Shown here: positions 1 to 8,886 of the stretch, piece after piece
Numbering within the stretch: position 1 is the first letter of the stretch
How the letters are laid out: every line of letters starts with the position of its first letter
Assembly: GCA_946188155.1 (NCBI GenBank)
Contig: CAMHUC010000010.1
Span: 5,834-69,833 of the forward strand
DNA: 64,000 nt
Direction of reading: 5' to 3'
Origin: an uncultured bacterium
GTDB taxonomy: Bacteria; Bacteroidota; Bacteroidia; Bacteroidales; Bacteroidaceae
Position numbers and translations under genes: made by a program
The notes under the pieces: model-generated
Seen by the model: the letters and a program-made list of their open reading frames with translations, nothing else
What the model was told of the DNA's origin: nothing
Databases searched by the model: none

Positions 1-23
1 AAGAATACTTCTTGCATAACTTT

Positions 24-542
24 CTACTTGACTCGCCAGACATTAAGAATGATGCCCTTGAACTGCTGAGAGAACTCTGGGGCACAGACGAAGAGGGCAT
101 TGTTGAGCCAAGCATAGCGGCTGTCGGCAGGAGCCTCAAACTGAGGGGCTGCCTTGAAGTAGAAGGAGGGATTGCCCAGGGCATCCTTGCCGTCGTAGAT
201 GATGCCCCGGTTGCGGACGTGGATATACACACCGTCGTCAGTGCGGATGCTGTAGATGGCCTCCAGTTCCGTACGGTGCTGCGCCTTATTCACAAGCTGA
301 TAATCGGCCCCGCCGTTGACGATGGTGCCCTTGATGGCAGGCCCCTCGAAGGTGCCGCCAGTGATGGGGATGACGATGCGCTCGCCGTGCTGCGTCTCCC
401 CTACCCTATACGTTTCGCCGAGCGTCACCTTCAGCTGAAGGGCGAACTCCAGCTGCGGGGTCTCCTTAGGCTCGATAATCTGAGCGCCGGCAGTGAGGAC
501 AGAAGCCAGCAGGAGAATGGTTGATAATAGCCGTTTCTTCAT
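24..542 (-). CDS. DUF3237-like secreted protein
   Basis: Signal peptide MKKRLLSTILLLAS; IPITGGTFEG...GGADYQ...TDDG.YIHVRNRG motifs typical of DUF3237; start trimmed to the ATG at 542. Confidence 0.75.
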   Translation of the reverse strand: MKKRLLSTILLLASVLTAGAQIIEPKETPQLEFALQLKVTLGETYRVGETQHGERIVIPITGGTFEGPAIKGTIVNGGADYQLVNKAQHRTELEAIYSIRTDDGVYIHVRNRGIIYDGKDALGNPSFYFKAAPQFEAPADSRYAWLNNALFVCAPEFSQQFKGIILNVWRVK

Positions 543-624
543 ATTTATCTTTGTATTTGAATGATTTGTGGGCACAAAGATAGGCATTTTCCCGAATAAA
601 TTTGGATATTTGCCCGCGAAATCG

Positions 625-632
625 TACCTTTG
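625..632 (+). promoter_or_regulatory. Bacteroidetes sigma70 -7 element (TAnnTTTG) upstream of ychF
   Basis: TACCTTTG about 30 nt before the ATG; established Bacteroidetes consensus. Confidence 0.65.
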
Positions 633-662
633 CAGCGAAATTTAAACGTTTAAAGAAGAAAA

Positions 663-1763
663 ATGGCATTAAAATGTGGTATTGTGGGACTGCCGAACGT
701 AGGCAAGTCCACACTGTTTAATTGCTTGTCGAGCGCGAAGGCTCAGGCAGCAAACTTTCCTTTCTGTACGATTGAGCCTAACGTGGGCGTGATTACCGTT
801 CCCGATGAGCGGCTGACGAAGCTGGCCGAGATTGTGCATCCGGGCCGTATCGTGCCTGCTACCTGTGAGATTGTAGACATCGCCGGCCTCGTGAAAGGAG
901 CTTCGAAGGGTGAAGGCCTTGGAAATAAGTTCTTAGGAAATATCCGCGAGACGGATGCCATCATCCACGTGCTCCGCTGCTTTGAGGATGAGAACATCAC
1001 CCACGTAGACGGCACCATCGACCCCATCCGCGACAAGGAGATCATCGACACCGAGCTTCAGCTGAAGGACCTGGAGACCATCGAGGGCCGTCTGGCCAAG
1101 ACCGAGAAGGCCGCTGCCGCCGGCAATAAGGAGGCGAAGGTGGAGGTGACGGTGCTGAAGGCCTACAAGGAGGTGCTCGATCAGGGCAAGAACGCCCGCA
1201 TCGTGGAGTTCGAGAGCAAGGAGGAGCAGGACTGCGCCCGCAACCTCTTCCTGCTGACCTCGAAGCCCGTGCTCTACGTGTGCAATGTCGGCGAGGCCGA
1301 TGCCAAGAGCGGCAACGACTTCACGAAGAAGGTGGAGGCACTGGCCCAGGAGGAAGGTGCCGAGACGATGATCATCGCCGCCAAGACAGAGGAGGACATC
1401 GCCGAGCTGGAGTCGTACGAGGACAAGCAGATGTTCCTCGAGGAGCTGGGCCTGGAGGAGAGCGGCGTGAACCGCCTCATCAAGAAGGCCTACGCCCTGC
1501 TGAACCTCGAGACGTTCATCACCGCGGGCGAGATGGAGGTGAAGGCCTGGACGTATAAGAAAGGCTGGAAGGCCCCGCAGTGCGCCGGCGTCATCCACAC
1601 CGACTTCGAAAAGGGCTTCATCCGCGCTGAGGTCATCAAGTACGACGACTACATCCACTACGGTTCCGAGGCCGCCGTCCGCGAGGCCGGCCGTCTGGCC
1701 GTCGAGGGCAAGGACTACGTCGTTCAGGACGGCGACATCATGCACTTCCGCTTCAACGTGTAA
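663..1763 (+). CDS. ychF: Redox-regulated ATPase YchF (Obg family)
   Basis: GIVGLPNVGKSTLFN, ANFPFCTIEPN, DIAGLVKGASKGEGLGNKFL, C-terminal TGS domain ending DGDIMHFRFNV. Confidence 0.98.
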   Translation: MALKCGIVGLPNVGKSTLFNCLSSAKAQAANFPFCTIEPNVGVITVPDERLTKLAEIVHPGRIVPATCEIVDIAGLVKGASKGEGLGNKFLGNIRETDAIIHVLRCFEDENITHVDGTIDPIRDKEIIDTELQLKDLETIEGRLAKTEKAAAAGNKEAKVEVTVLKAYKEVLDQGKNARIVEFESKEEQDCARNLFLLTSKPVLYVCNVGEADAKSGNDFTKKVEALAQEEGAETMIIAAKTEEDIAELESYEDKQMFLEELGLEESGVNRLIKKAYALLNLETFITAGEMEVKAWTYKKGWKAPQCAGVIHTDFEKGFIRAEVIKYDDYIHYGSEAAVREAGRLAVEGKDYVVQDGDIMHFRFNV

Positions 1764-3394
1764 TGTATAGGCTCCTCGCCCTCTGTTGGCTGTACTGCGG
1801 CGTTGCCGCAGCCTTCGCTCAATGTCCTGAATCGAAACTGCAGATAGAGCGTCTGCCCAATCTGCAGATTCCCCGCGCCGACCCCTCCGTGTTTGTGGTC
1901 AATGGCGAGCCGACAGTGGTGGGAGGTCATACTGACGGCTTTGTGCCAACGGCCACGGCCGAATACTACAGTGACGGCGAGTGGCATCTATTGGAGACAG
2001 TCTATCCGCACGACCACGGCTTCAGTGTGCCACTACGCTCAGGACAGGTGCTCATAGGTAGCGGCCACAGCGAACCGCTTGGCATCGGCCACATCTTCTC
2101 TGTCGAAATGTACGACCCCGCCCGCCATACCTTCCGGGGCTTCGGCTGCTTAGACCGCAAGCGGTGCTTCGCCACGGGCTTAGAACAGGACAGCGGACGG
2201 GTCGTCATCACGGGCAACTGGTTCAACGGCGACGGCATAGAGCAATTCGACGGGCAGAAGTACTTCACGCATGTGAAGGATGTGTCGCAGCCGCGGGCTT
2301 GTCCCTTTGTCTTCCCTATTGCCGCTGGCGACGCCTTCATCTTCGGCAATATGGACTATCACGCCGATGCCTTCGACACCGTCATCGTTGACCGTCTGCG
2401 GGGCGAACCGCTGCACGTACCGCTGTTCGACGAGTGGAAGCCGCTAAGATACCTGGCAGAGACGCACGCCGAAGACTGTCACATCGGCAACCGAGTCTAT
2501 CTGATTCCCGTTATCAACAGCGACGGACAGGTGGCCGTCTGCCGCGTCGACTCCACAGGCTTCTCGCTGCTGCCTACAGCCGGCCAAGTACCCATGACGT
2601 ATCAGGGCGGCGCCATCAACTATTATCACAGTTTCTACACAGACCGCCAGGCGCGCCGAGCCTATCTCTTCGGCTACGGCAGCGAGGACGGTCGGCTGTT
2701 TGTGCTCGCCGTCGGCTACGACACCACGCCGGCCTCCCTGACGCTGTACTACACCGACCCGATGGAGCCCCGCGTCTGGACTCACCCCGTGCTGACACCC
2801 GACGGCAACCTCCTGATTGCCGGGGGCGCAAAGGTCAACGCTGACGGCACCGTGGATAATTTCGAACCCGTGGCCACCACGCTGTTACTGTCTTTTGACA
2901 GACCGCAAGCCGCAAACCAACCAACGACGGTTTGGCTATGGGTATTGTTAGCTGTATTGCTGTTGTTGGCAACCGCCGTTACAGTACATTTCTGGCAACG
3001 GAAGCCTCTGCCTGTCGAAGAAGATGAAAATGTGGCCGATTCCGTCGAGGATTCTGCCGCCGACGAGGCACTTCTGCAGCGCATCTGCCAACTGATGGAC
3101 GAAGATCGCCCCTTCCTGAACAGCGAACTGAAGATTGCTGACCTGGCCACCTCGCTGGGAACCAACGTCACATACATCTCCAACTGCATCAACAGCCAGA
3201 AAGGCTGTTCGTTCATACAGTTCGTCAACGGCTACCGTATTGACTACGCCAAACAATTACTGCGAAAACATCCCGACAAGAAAATTTTCGAGGTTTGGGC
3301 GGCCTCAGGCTTTGCCAACGAAACCTCGTTCTTCCGCACCTTCAGGGCCCTGACGGGCATGACTCCCAGCGAGTGGCGCGCCAAAATCGACTGA
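1763..3394 (+). CDS. Membrane-anchored AraC-family regulator with extracytoplasmic Kelch-like propeller
   Basis: Signal peptide, Kelch-like GG...AEYY and VEMYDP repeats, TM helix (WLWVLLAVLLLLATAV), C-terminal AraC HTH (SGFANETSFFRTFRALTGMTPSEW). Confidence 0.85.
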   Translation: MYRLLALCWLYCGVAAAFAQCPESKLQIERLPNLQIPRADPSVFVVNGEPTVVGGHTDGFVPTATAEYYSDGEWHLLETVYPHDHGFSVPLRSGQVLIGSGHSEPLGIGHIFSVEMYDPARHTFRGFGCLDRKRCFATGLEQDSGRVVITGNWFNGDGIEQFDGQKYFTHVKDVSQPRACPFVFPIAAGDAFIFGNMDYHADAFDTVIVDRLRGEPLHVPLFDEWKPLRYLAETHAEDCHIGNRVYLIPVINSDGQVAVCRVDSTGFSLLPTAGQVPMTYQGGAINYYHSFYTDRQARRAYLFGYGSEDGRLFVLAVGYDTTPASLTLYYTDPMEPRVWTHPVLTPDGNLLIAGGAKVNADGTVDNFEPVATTLLLSFDRPQAANQPTTVWLWVLLAVLLLLATAVTVHFWQRKPLPVEEDENVADSVEDSAADEALLQRICQLMDEDRPFLNSELKIADLATSLGTNVTYISNCINSQKGCSFIQFVNGYRIDYAKQLLRKHPDKKIFEVWAASGFANETSFFRTFRALTGMTPSEWRAKID

Positions 3395-3490
3395 CAATAC
3401 CTATATTGTTAGTCGGTTTATTGGTATTGTAAGTCCTACTTTCCACGTTTGTTGTATCTTTGCAGACAAACCTCAAATAACAACAAACGT

Positions 3491-4900
3491 ATGAAGAAAA
3501 CTCTACTTTCATTAGCGCTCCTGCTGACGGTCATGACCGCAGCGGCGCAAGACGACGGCATGTTCTACTATGCCTACGACGATGCCACCCAAACGGCAAC
3601 CGTGACTTATTACAAAACAGCTGACGGCAGCAAAAAAGGCGGCACCTACACTGGCGACGTGGTCATCCCCGCCAAGGCTCCCAACGGCTATGCCGTGACC
3701 ACCATCGGCGAAGATGCTTTTCGGAACAGCAACACGATGACGTCGCTCACCATCCCCGCCACCATCGACAGCATCGGCAGCCGCCCGTTTGAGAACTGTG
3801 ATGCCAAGCTGAAGAAGATTACCATCGAGGACAGCGACAAGAAACTGCACTGCCATATCTGGGAGGTGTATCCCTATGGCATACGCCCTGTGTTCGGCAC
3901 GGATGTGGACGTAGAGGAAGTCTACATTGGTCGCACCTACTCCGATTATGTGGAGCGTGGAGGGATTGAAGTGGCAGGACAATACACCATTTCCGTCATC
4001 TACAGCAACGAATACGTAAAGAAAGTCACCCTGGGTAACGTCTATCAGGAAGTGCCCGACGGTCTCTGCTACGGCTGCGAATCCCTACAGTCCATCAGCC
4101 TGCCCTCCAAAGTCAAGCGCGTAGGCAAAGAGGCTTTCAGCCGCTGTGAGTCACTGGCTAATATCAGTCTCCCCTCAGCCGTAGAGTCTATTGGCGAAGA
4201 GGCTTTCTATCGTTGCAACGTGCTGAAAGACATCACCTTGCCTTCATCTCTTCAGTTCATCGGCGGTAGCGCCTTCGCAAAATGCACAGAGCTTGGCCCT
4301 GTGTTTACCATCCCTGCCTCGGTAGACAGCATCGGGGCCAGCATCCTCGACGAATGTCCTCAGCTGAAGCGCATCAACATTCCCTACAGCAATAATCCGC
4401 TGAAGTACACATGCCCCAGCCAGTTCACCAACTCGCTGCGCGCCGCGGCTATCGACACGCTCTACATGGACCGCTACATCGACGGAGCTTTCAGCGACAA
4501 CCGCACCATCAAGACGCTCTATGTAGGGCCTCACGTGACGGCCATCAAGAACGAGATCTTCTCCAACTGCTACAACATGACTGAGGTGTATAGCCTCAAC
4601 CCCGTGCCTCCCACCTGCGAGGGTGCCAGCGTGTTCTACTCTGGCACGAAGAGCGAGGGCCGCCTCCACGTGCCCACGGGCAGTCTGGAAGCCTACAAGG
4701 CCGCCTTCGTCTGGCAGGACTTTTTCAACATCGACGAGCAGGATGCTGCCGTCATGGGTATTGAGGGTAAGAAAGCCGGCAACAGCACCGTTACAGCCTC
4801 CTATACCCTCGGCGGACAGCGCACCACCGGCACTCAGCGCGGCCTCGTCATCCAGCGCATGAGCGACGGCACCACGCGCAAAGTGCTTGTCAACCCCTGA
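3491..4900 (+). CDS. BspA-like leucine-rich repeat surface protein with T9SS-type C-terminal tail
   Basis: LRR_5 repeats (SISLPSKVKRVGKEAFSRC, ITLPSSLQFIGGSAF), LHVPTGSLEAYK, C-terminal YTLGGQR...GTTRKVLV. Confidence 0.88.
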   Translation: MKKTLLSLALLLTVMTAAAQDDGMFYYAYDDATQTATVTYYKTADGSKKGGTYTGDVVIPAKAPNGYAVTTIGEDAFRNSNTMTSLTIPATIDSIGSRPFENCDAKLKKITIEDSDKKLHCHIWEVYPYGIRPVFGTDVDVEEVYIGRTYSDYVERGGIEVAGQYTISVIYSNEYVKKVTLGNVYQEVPDGLCYGCESLQSISLPSKVKRVGKEAFSRCESLANISLPSAVESIGEEAFYRCNVLKDITLPSSLQFIGGSAFAKCTELGPVFTIPASVDSIGASILDECPQLKRINIPYSNNPLKYTCPSQFTNSLRAAAIDTLYMDRYIDGAFSDNRTIKTLYVGPHVTAIKNEIFSNCYNMTEVYSLNPVPPTCEGASVFYSGTKSEGRLHVPTGSLEAYKAAFVWQDFFNIDEQDAAVMGIEGKKAGNSTVTASYTLGGQRTTGTQRGLVIQRMSDGTTRKVLVNP

Positions 4901-4927
4901 CTGGAATGTGACAAAATAGCTGCTATT

Positions 4928-4967
4928 GAAAAAACGAGGCCCAATGTTTTGCGGGTCTCGTTTTTTT
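4928..4967 (+). terminator. Intrinsic terminator
   Basis: aaaaaacgaggccc...gggtctcgttttttt hairpin with T tract. Confidence 0.65.
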
Positions 4968-5005
4968 GTTGTACCTTTGTGCCCATATTTAACACCAGTA
5001 AGGAT

Positions 5006-5161
5006 ATGGCAGCAGAAGAACAAGAAAGGGGCTACGCCCTGCTGAACCTGGAGACCTTCACCACCGCCGGCGAGATGGAGGTGAAGGCCTGGACGTATAA
5101 GAAAGGCTGGAAGGCCCCGCAGTGCGCCGGCGTCATCCATACCGACTTCGACAATGTATAA
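5006..5161 (+). pseudogene. Partial duplicate of the ychF 3' region
   Basis: About 5032-5151 closely matches ychF about 1490-1609 ([38 protein letters not shown]) and then ends NV* as ychF does. Confidence 0.85.
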
Positions 5162-5182
5162 TTTCACGACTTATAATAAATT

Positions 5183-6346
5183 ATGAACAAGACACTATTT
5201 TTCGCTTTCGCGCTGTCCTTTGCTTTGACAACAGCCGCGCAACAGTCACCAGAGCGGTTCAGCGTTGCCACGCTGAACGTCGCTGGAATGCCACAGAAAA
5301 TACTCGTGTTCAACGTCAATGCCAAGGGTCCTGGGAGTGCTGGCAGTGTACATATCGGGCAGTATCTGGCTGAACGGCAGTACGACATGATCTTCACCCA
5401 GGAGGACTTCAACTATCACGACGAACTGACCCTCTTGCTCAAAAAAGACTACCAGATTGACACCTGGACGGGCAACGTGGGAATCGAAGGACACGACATC
5501 GACTTCCTGCACCCACAGAACCACCGCTTCAAGTGCGACGGGCTGGGAGCCTGTATAAAAAAAGACATCACCGTCGGGTCGGTCAGTCGCACGCACTGGA
5601 AAACCTACTTCGGCAAGTTCAGCCACGCTCTCGACGAGATGGTGACCAAGGGCTTCCGCCGCTATGACCTCACCCTCGCCTCTGGCCGTCAGCTGGTGGT
5701 CTACAACATGCACATGGATGCCAGCGACAGAAACGACGTGTACGACGGCATAGATCATAAGGACCGTCACGCTCGTCTCGGAGAGTGGATTCAGCTGCGC
5801 GACGACATCATGGAGCGGCTCGATGATCGCCCTGTCATCGTTGTCGGCGACTTAAACAGCTTCTACACTCGCGACAGCATCCAGTCCAACTTCATAGAGG
5901 CCATCAATGCCACAGGCAGAGCCAAGGCCACCGATGTATGGGTAGAATTGGAGCGCAAAGGACTGTATCCCGAACTGCGCGAGATCACTGCCGGCAAGGA
6001 AAGGGAGGAATACGAAGAGGATGGCGAGAAATTCGACAAAATCATCTACATCAACCCCACCAACGGCCAGCAACTGAAGGCCGTCTCCTTCAAGTGCGAC
6101 ACCGAGGACTTTCAGTACGACGGCAAGCCCCTGAGCGACCACGATCCCGTGAGTGCCGTATTCGAGTGGGTTGGCAGCGGCAATGTGTCGGGGGTCGAGA
6201 CATTGTCCATCTCACAGCCTGGCACCGACAGTAACACCAGCGGCGAGCTCTACGACCTGAGCGGCCGTCGCGCCAACGGAACGAGTGCCAAGGGCCTCTT
6301 CATCGAGAAAAACGAAAAAGGAACCTACAAACGAATCGTAAAATAA
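5183..6346 (+). CDS. Secreted endonuclease/exonuclease/phosphatase (EEP) family protein
   Basis: ATLNVAG, QEDF, YNMHMD, VVGDLN, DKIIY and LSDHDPV motifs; C-terminal YDLSGRR tail. Confidence 0.85.
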   Translation: MNKTLFFAFALSFALTTAAQQSPERFSVATLNVAGMPQKILVFNVNAKGPGSAGSVHIGQYLAERQYDMIFTQEDFNYHDELTLLLKKDYQIDTWTGNVGIEGHDIDFLHPQNHRFKCDGLGACIKKDITVGSVSRTHWKTYFGKFSHALDEMVTKGFRRYDLTLASGRQLVVYNMHMDASDRNDVYDGIDHKDRHARLGEWIQLRDDIMERLDDRPVIVVGDLNSFYTRDSIQSNFIEAINATGRAKATDVWVELERKGLYPELREITAGKEREEYEEDGEKFDKIIYINPTNGQQLKAVSFKCDTEDFQYDGKPLSDHDPVSAVFEWVGSGNVSGVETLSISQPGTDSNTSGELYDLSGRRANGTSAKGLFIEKNEKGTYKRIVK

Positions 6347-6355
6347 TACAGCGCT

Positions 6356-7999
6356 ATGAAGAAAAAGATATCCACACTGCTCATACTGGCCGCCATGACC
6401 ACGGCAGCCAGCGCACAAAGTGCTGAATACAAGATACTGGCCGAACGCGACACTACCATCAAGGCTGAGTATTCAGGCTTCAATTTCGGCACACGCGACA
6501 TCCACCACATCCTCTACGAGTATCCCTCGAAAGACCCACAGGGCAAGACCGTCACCATCAGCGGCGTCGTATGGGTGCCTAAGAACATCTACGACGGCAC
6601 AGACCCCTGCGACGGCGTGCTGCTCTACAACCACTACGCCCACGCCACGAGTGCAGCCACGCCTTCGGTGGCTGGCGAATTGGGAGCCAACGGCTTCCTG
6701 GCCAGTCCGCTGAAGCCAAACTACGTGCTCGTGATGAGCGACTACGTGGGCTTCGGCTCCAGTGCCGACCGTCCACAGGCCTTCCTCTGCGGCGACGTTA
6801 ACGCCCGCAACTCCCTCGACGGCCTGGTGGCTGCCCGCCAGCTGATGAGCGACCGCCAGATTCCTCAGGGCAAATACCTCTTCAACCTGGGCTACTCTAT
6901 AGGTGGCACAGATGCTATGTTCGCTGCCAAACTATGCGACAAGGAGTATAAGCAGAAGGGCATCACCTTCACCAAGACCTTCTCAGGCGGCGCGCCGCTT
7001 GATTCCGAGAAGATGTATTCCGAGATGATCGAGATACAGCATAACCCCTACCCTGTCGGCATCATAATGGCACTCGTGGCACTCAACGAGAACTACCAGC
7101 TGGGCATCGACTACCAGAAGATGTTCCGTGAGCCACTGGCCTCGCACGTCAAGGAGTGGATTCTCGACAAGAAGTACAGCGCTACTGAAATAAACAATTT
7201 CATCACCGCCGACAGCATGAAACACTTCCTGCAGCCCGAATTTCTCGATCTGGAGAGCGAGGCCACACAGGTGATCACCAGGAAGATGAAGGAGCTGAGC
7301 CTGATGGACGACTGGGAGCCCGACACACTACAGAACTACTTCCTGCTGCATGGCCGTCACGACGACTATGTGCCCATACAGTCAGGACGCTGCATCATCC
7401 CCTGGATGAAGCAGAAAGGCTTCACCCCAAGCTTAATACCTGGCAAGACCTCGCTGCAGACTAACAACGTGGTGTTCAAGCTCGACCACAATTTGATGGG
7501 AGCCGTCTGGTTCATACAGACCGCTGCTGCCATCCAGCTGTGGCCTGTGGTATACTATGAGGGCGAGCAGAACCGCTACTTCCGTGCCATAGTGAAAAAT
7601 CTGAACCTGATGAGGGTTATCCAGATACTGGAAGCCCTGGGCATCGACCTGCGCAAGTCGGTTGGCGGGCAAGGCTCGGGCAGTACCAACCTCTTTGAGG
7701 TACTGACCAAGTTCACCGACACACTGGCCAAGGTAAACCTGACCGTCACCGACCTGCTGGAGATGCTCGATGACAGCGGCATCACCACCGCCGACCTCGT
7801 GGAGGCCATTGCCTACTTCACCACAAAGCCCGACGCAGATGACGACGAGACAACTGCCAGCTCTGCACGCCTGATGACCCTCGGCGACGACATGGACTCG
7901 CCTGCCGCCCTGCTCCGACACTATGAGCAGACACTGGCCGCCTGGCTGATGATGGGTGGTATCAATGTGGAGTACAACAAGTGGGGATGGAGAAAATAG
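6356..7999 (+). CDS. Secreted alpha/beta hydrolase (secretory-lipase-like)
   Basis: SDYVGFGSS, nucleophile elbow GYSIGG, LHGRHDDYVP; signal peptide. Confidence 0.75.
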   Translation: MKKKISTLLILAAMTTAASAQSAEYKILAERDTTIKAEYSGFNFGTRDIHHILYEYPSKDPQGKTVTISGVVWVPKNIYDGTDPCDGVLLYNHYAHATSAATPSVAGELGANGFLASPLKPNYVLVMSDYVGFGSSADRPQAFLCGDVNARNSLDGLVAARQLMSDRQIPQGKYLFNLGYSIGGTDAMFAAKLCDKEYKQKGITFTKTFSGGAPLDSEKMYSEMIEIQHNPYPVGIIMALVALNENYQLGIDYQKMFREPLASHVKEWILDKKYSATEINNFITADSMKHFLQPEFLDLESEATQVITRKMKELSLMDDWEPDTLQNYFLLHGRHDDYVPIQSGRCIIPWMKQKGFTPSLIPGKTSLQTNNVVFKLDHNLMGAVWFIQTAAAIQLWPVVYYEGEQNRYFRAIVKNLNLMRVIQILEALGIDLRKSVGGQGSGSTNLFEVLTKFTDTLAKVNLTVTDLLEMLDDSGITTADLVEAIAYFTTKPDADDDETTASSARLMTLGDDMDSPAALLRHYEQTLAAWLMMGGINVEYNKWGWRK

Positions 8000-8005
8000 T
8001 AAATC

Positions 8006-8842
8006 ATGATGATGAATATACTGAACTATATCGTATGGAATCCGGACCTGGAGGCCTTCCATCTGGGGCCGCTTTCCATACGCTGGTACGGGCTGATGTG
8101 GATTATCGGCCTGGCACTGGCCTATTTCGTGGTGCAGCGGCTCTATAAGGAGCAGAAGATCAAGGACGAGCTCTTCGACCCGCTCTTCCTCTACTGCTTT
8201 GTAGGCATCCTGCTCGGTGCGCGTCTGGGCCACTGCATCTTCTACCAGCCCGACTACTTCCTGACATCGTGGAAAGGCTTCGTGGAGATGCTCCTGCCCA
8301 TACACTTCATGCCCGACGGCGGCTGGAAGCTGACGGGCTATGCCGGACTGGCCTCCCACGGCGGCACACTGGGCCTGATGATAGCCCTCTGGCTCTACGT
8401 GAAGAAAACGAAGCTGAGCATCTGGACAGTACTCGACAACATAGCCATCGCCACCGGCACCACGGCCACCTTCATCCGCTTAGGCAACCTGATGAACTCT
8501 GAGATCATCGGCAAGGTGACCGACGTGCCCTGGGCCTTCATCTTCGAGAAGGTGGATGCCGCGCCGCGCCATCCCGGACAGCTCTACGAGGCCATCGCCT
8601 ACGCCATACTGTTTATCATTATGTGGGTGCTCCACAAGCGTATGCCGGAGAAGATAGGCACCGGCTGGTATTTCGGCTTCTGCCTGACCTACATCTTCAC
8701 CTTCCGCTTCTTCATCGAGTACACCAAGGAGATACAGGAAGCCTTCGAGGCCTCGCTGCCGATAGACATGGGCCAGATACTGTCGATACCGTTCGTCATA
8801 CTCGGCGTGTATTGCATGGTGAAGGCTAAGAAACAAGTATAA
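8006..8842 (+). CDS. lgt: Prolipoprotein diacylglyceryl transferase
   Basis: [44 protein letters not shown] motifs. Confidence 0.97.
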   Translation: MMMNILNYIVWNPDLEAFHLGPLSIRWYGLMWIIGLALAYFVVQRLYKEQKIKDELFDPLFLYCFVGILLGARLGHCIFYQPDYFLTSWKGFVEMLLPIHFMPDGGWKLTGYAGLASHGGTLGLMIALWLYVKKTKLSIWTVLDNIAIATGTTATFIRLGNLMNSEIIGKVTDVPWAFIFEKVDAAPRHPGQLYEAIAYAILFIIMWVLHKRMPEKIGTGWYFGFCLTYIFTFRFFIEYTKEIQEAFEASLPIDMGQILSIPFVILGVYCMVKAKKQV

Positions 8843-8849
8843 ACCGAAC

Positions 8850-8886
8850 AAAAAAATCGTCTCACTTACCTGAGACGATTTTTTTG
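8850..8886. terminator. Bidirectional terminator between convergent lgt and mutS, overlapping the mutS 3' end
   Basis: aaaaaaatcgtctca-cttacc-tgagacgattttttt. Confidence 0.75.
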
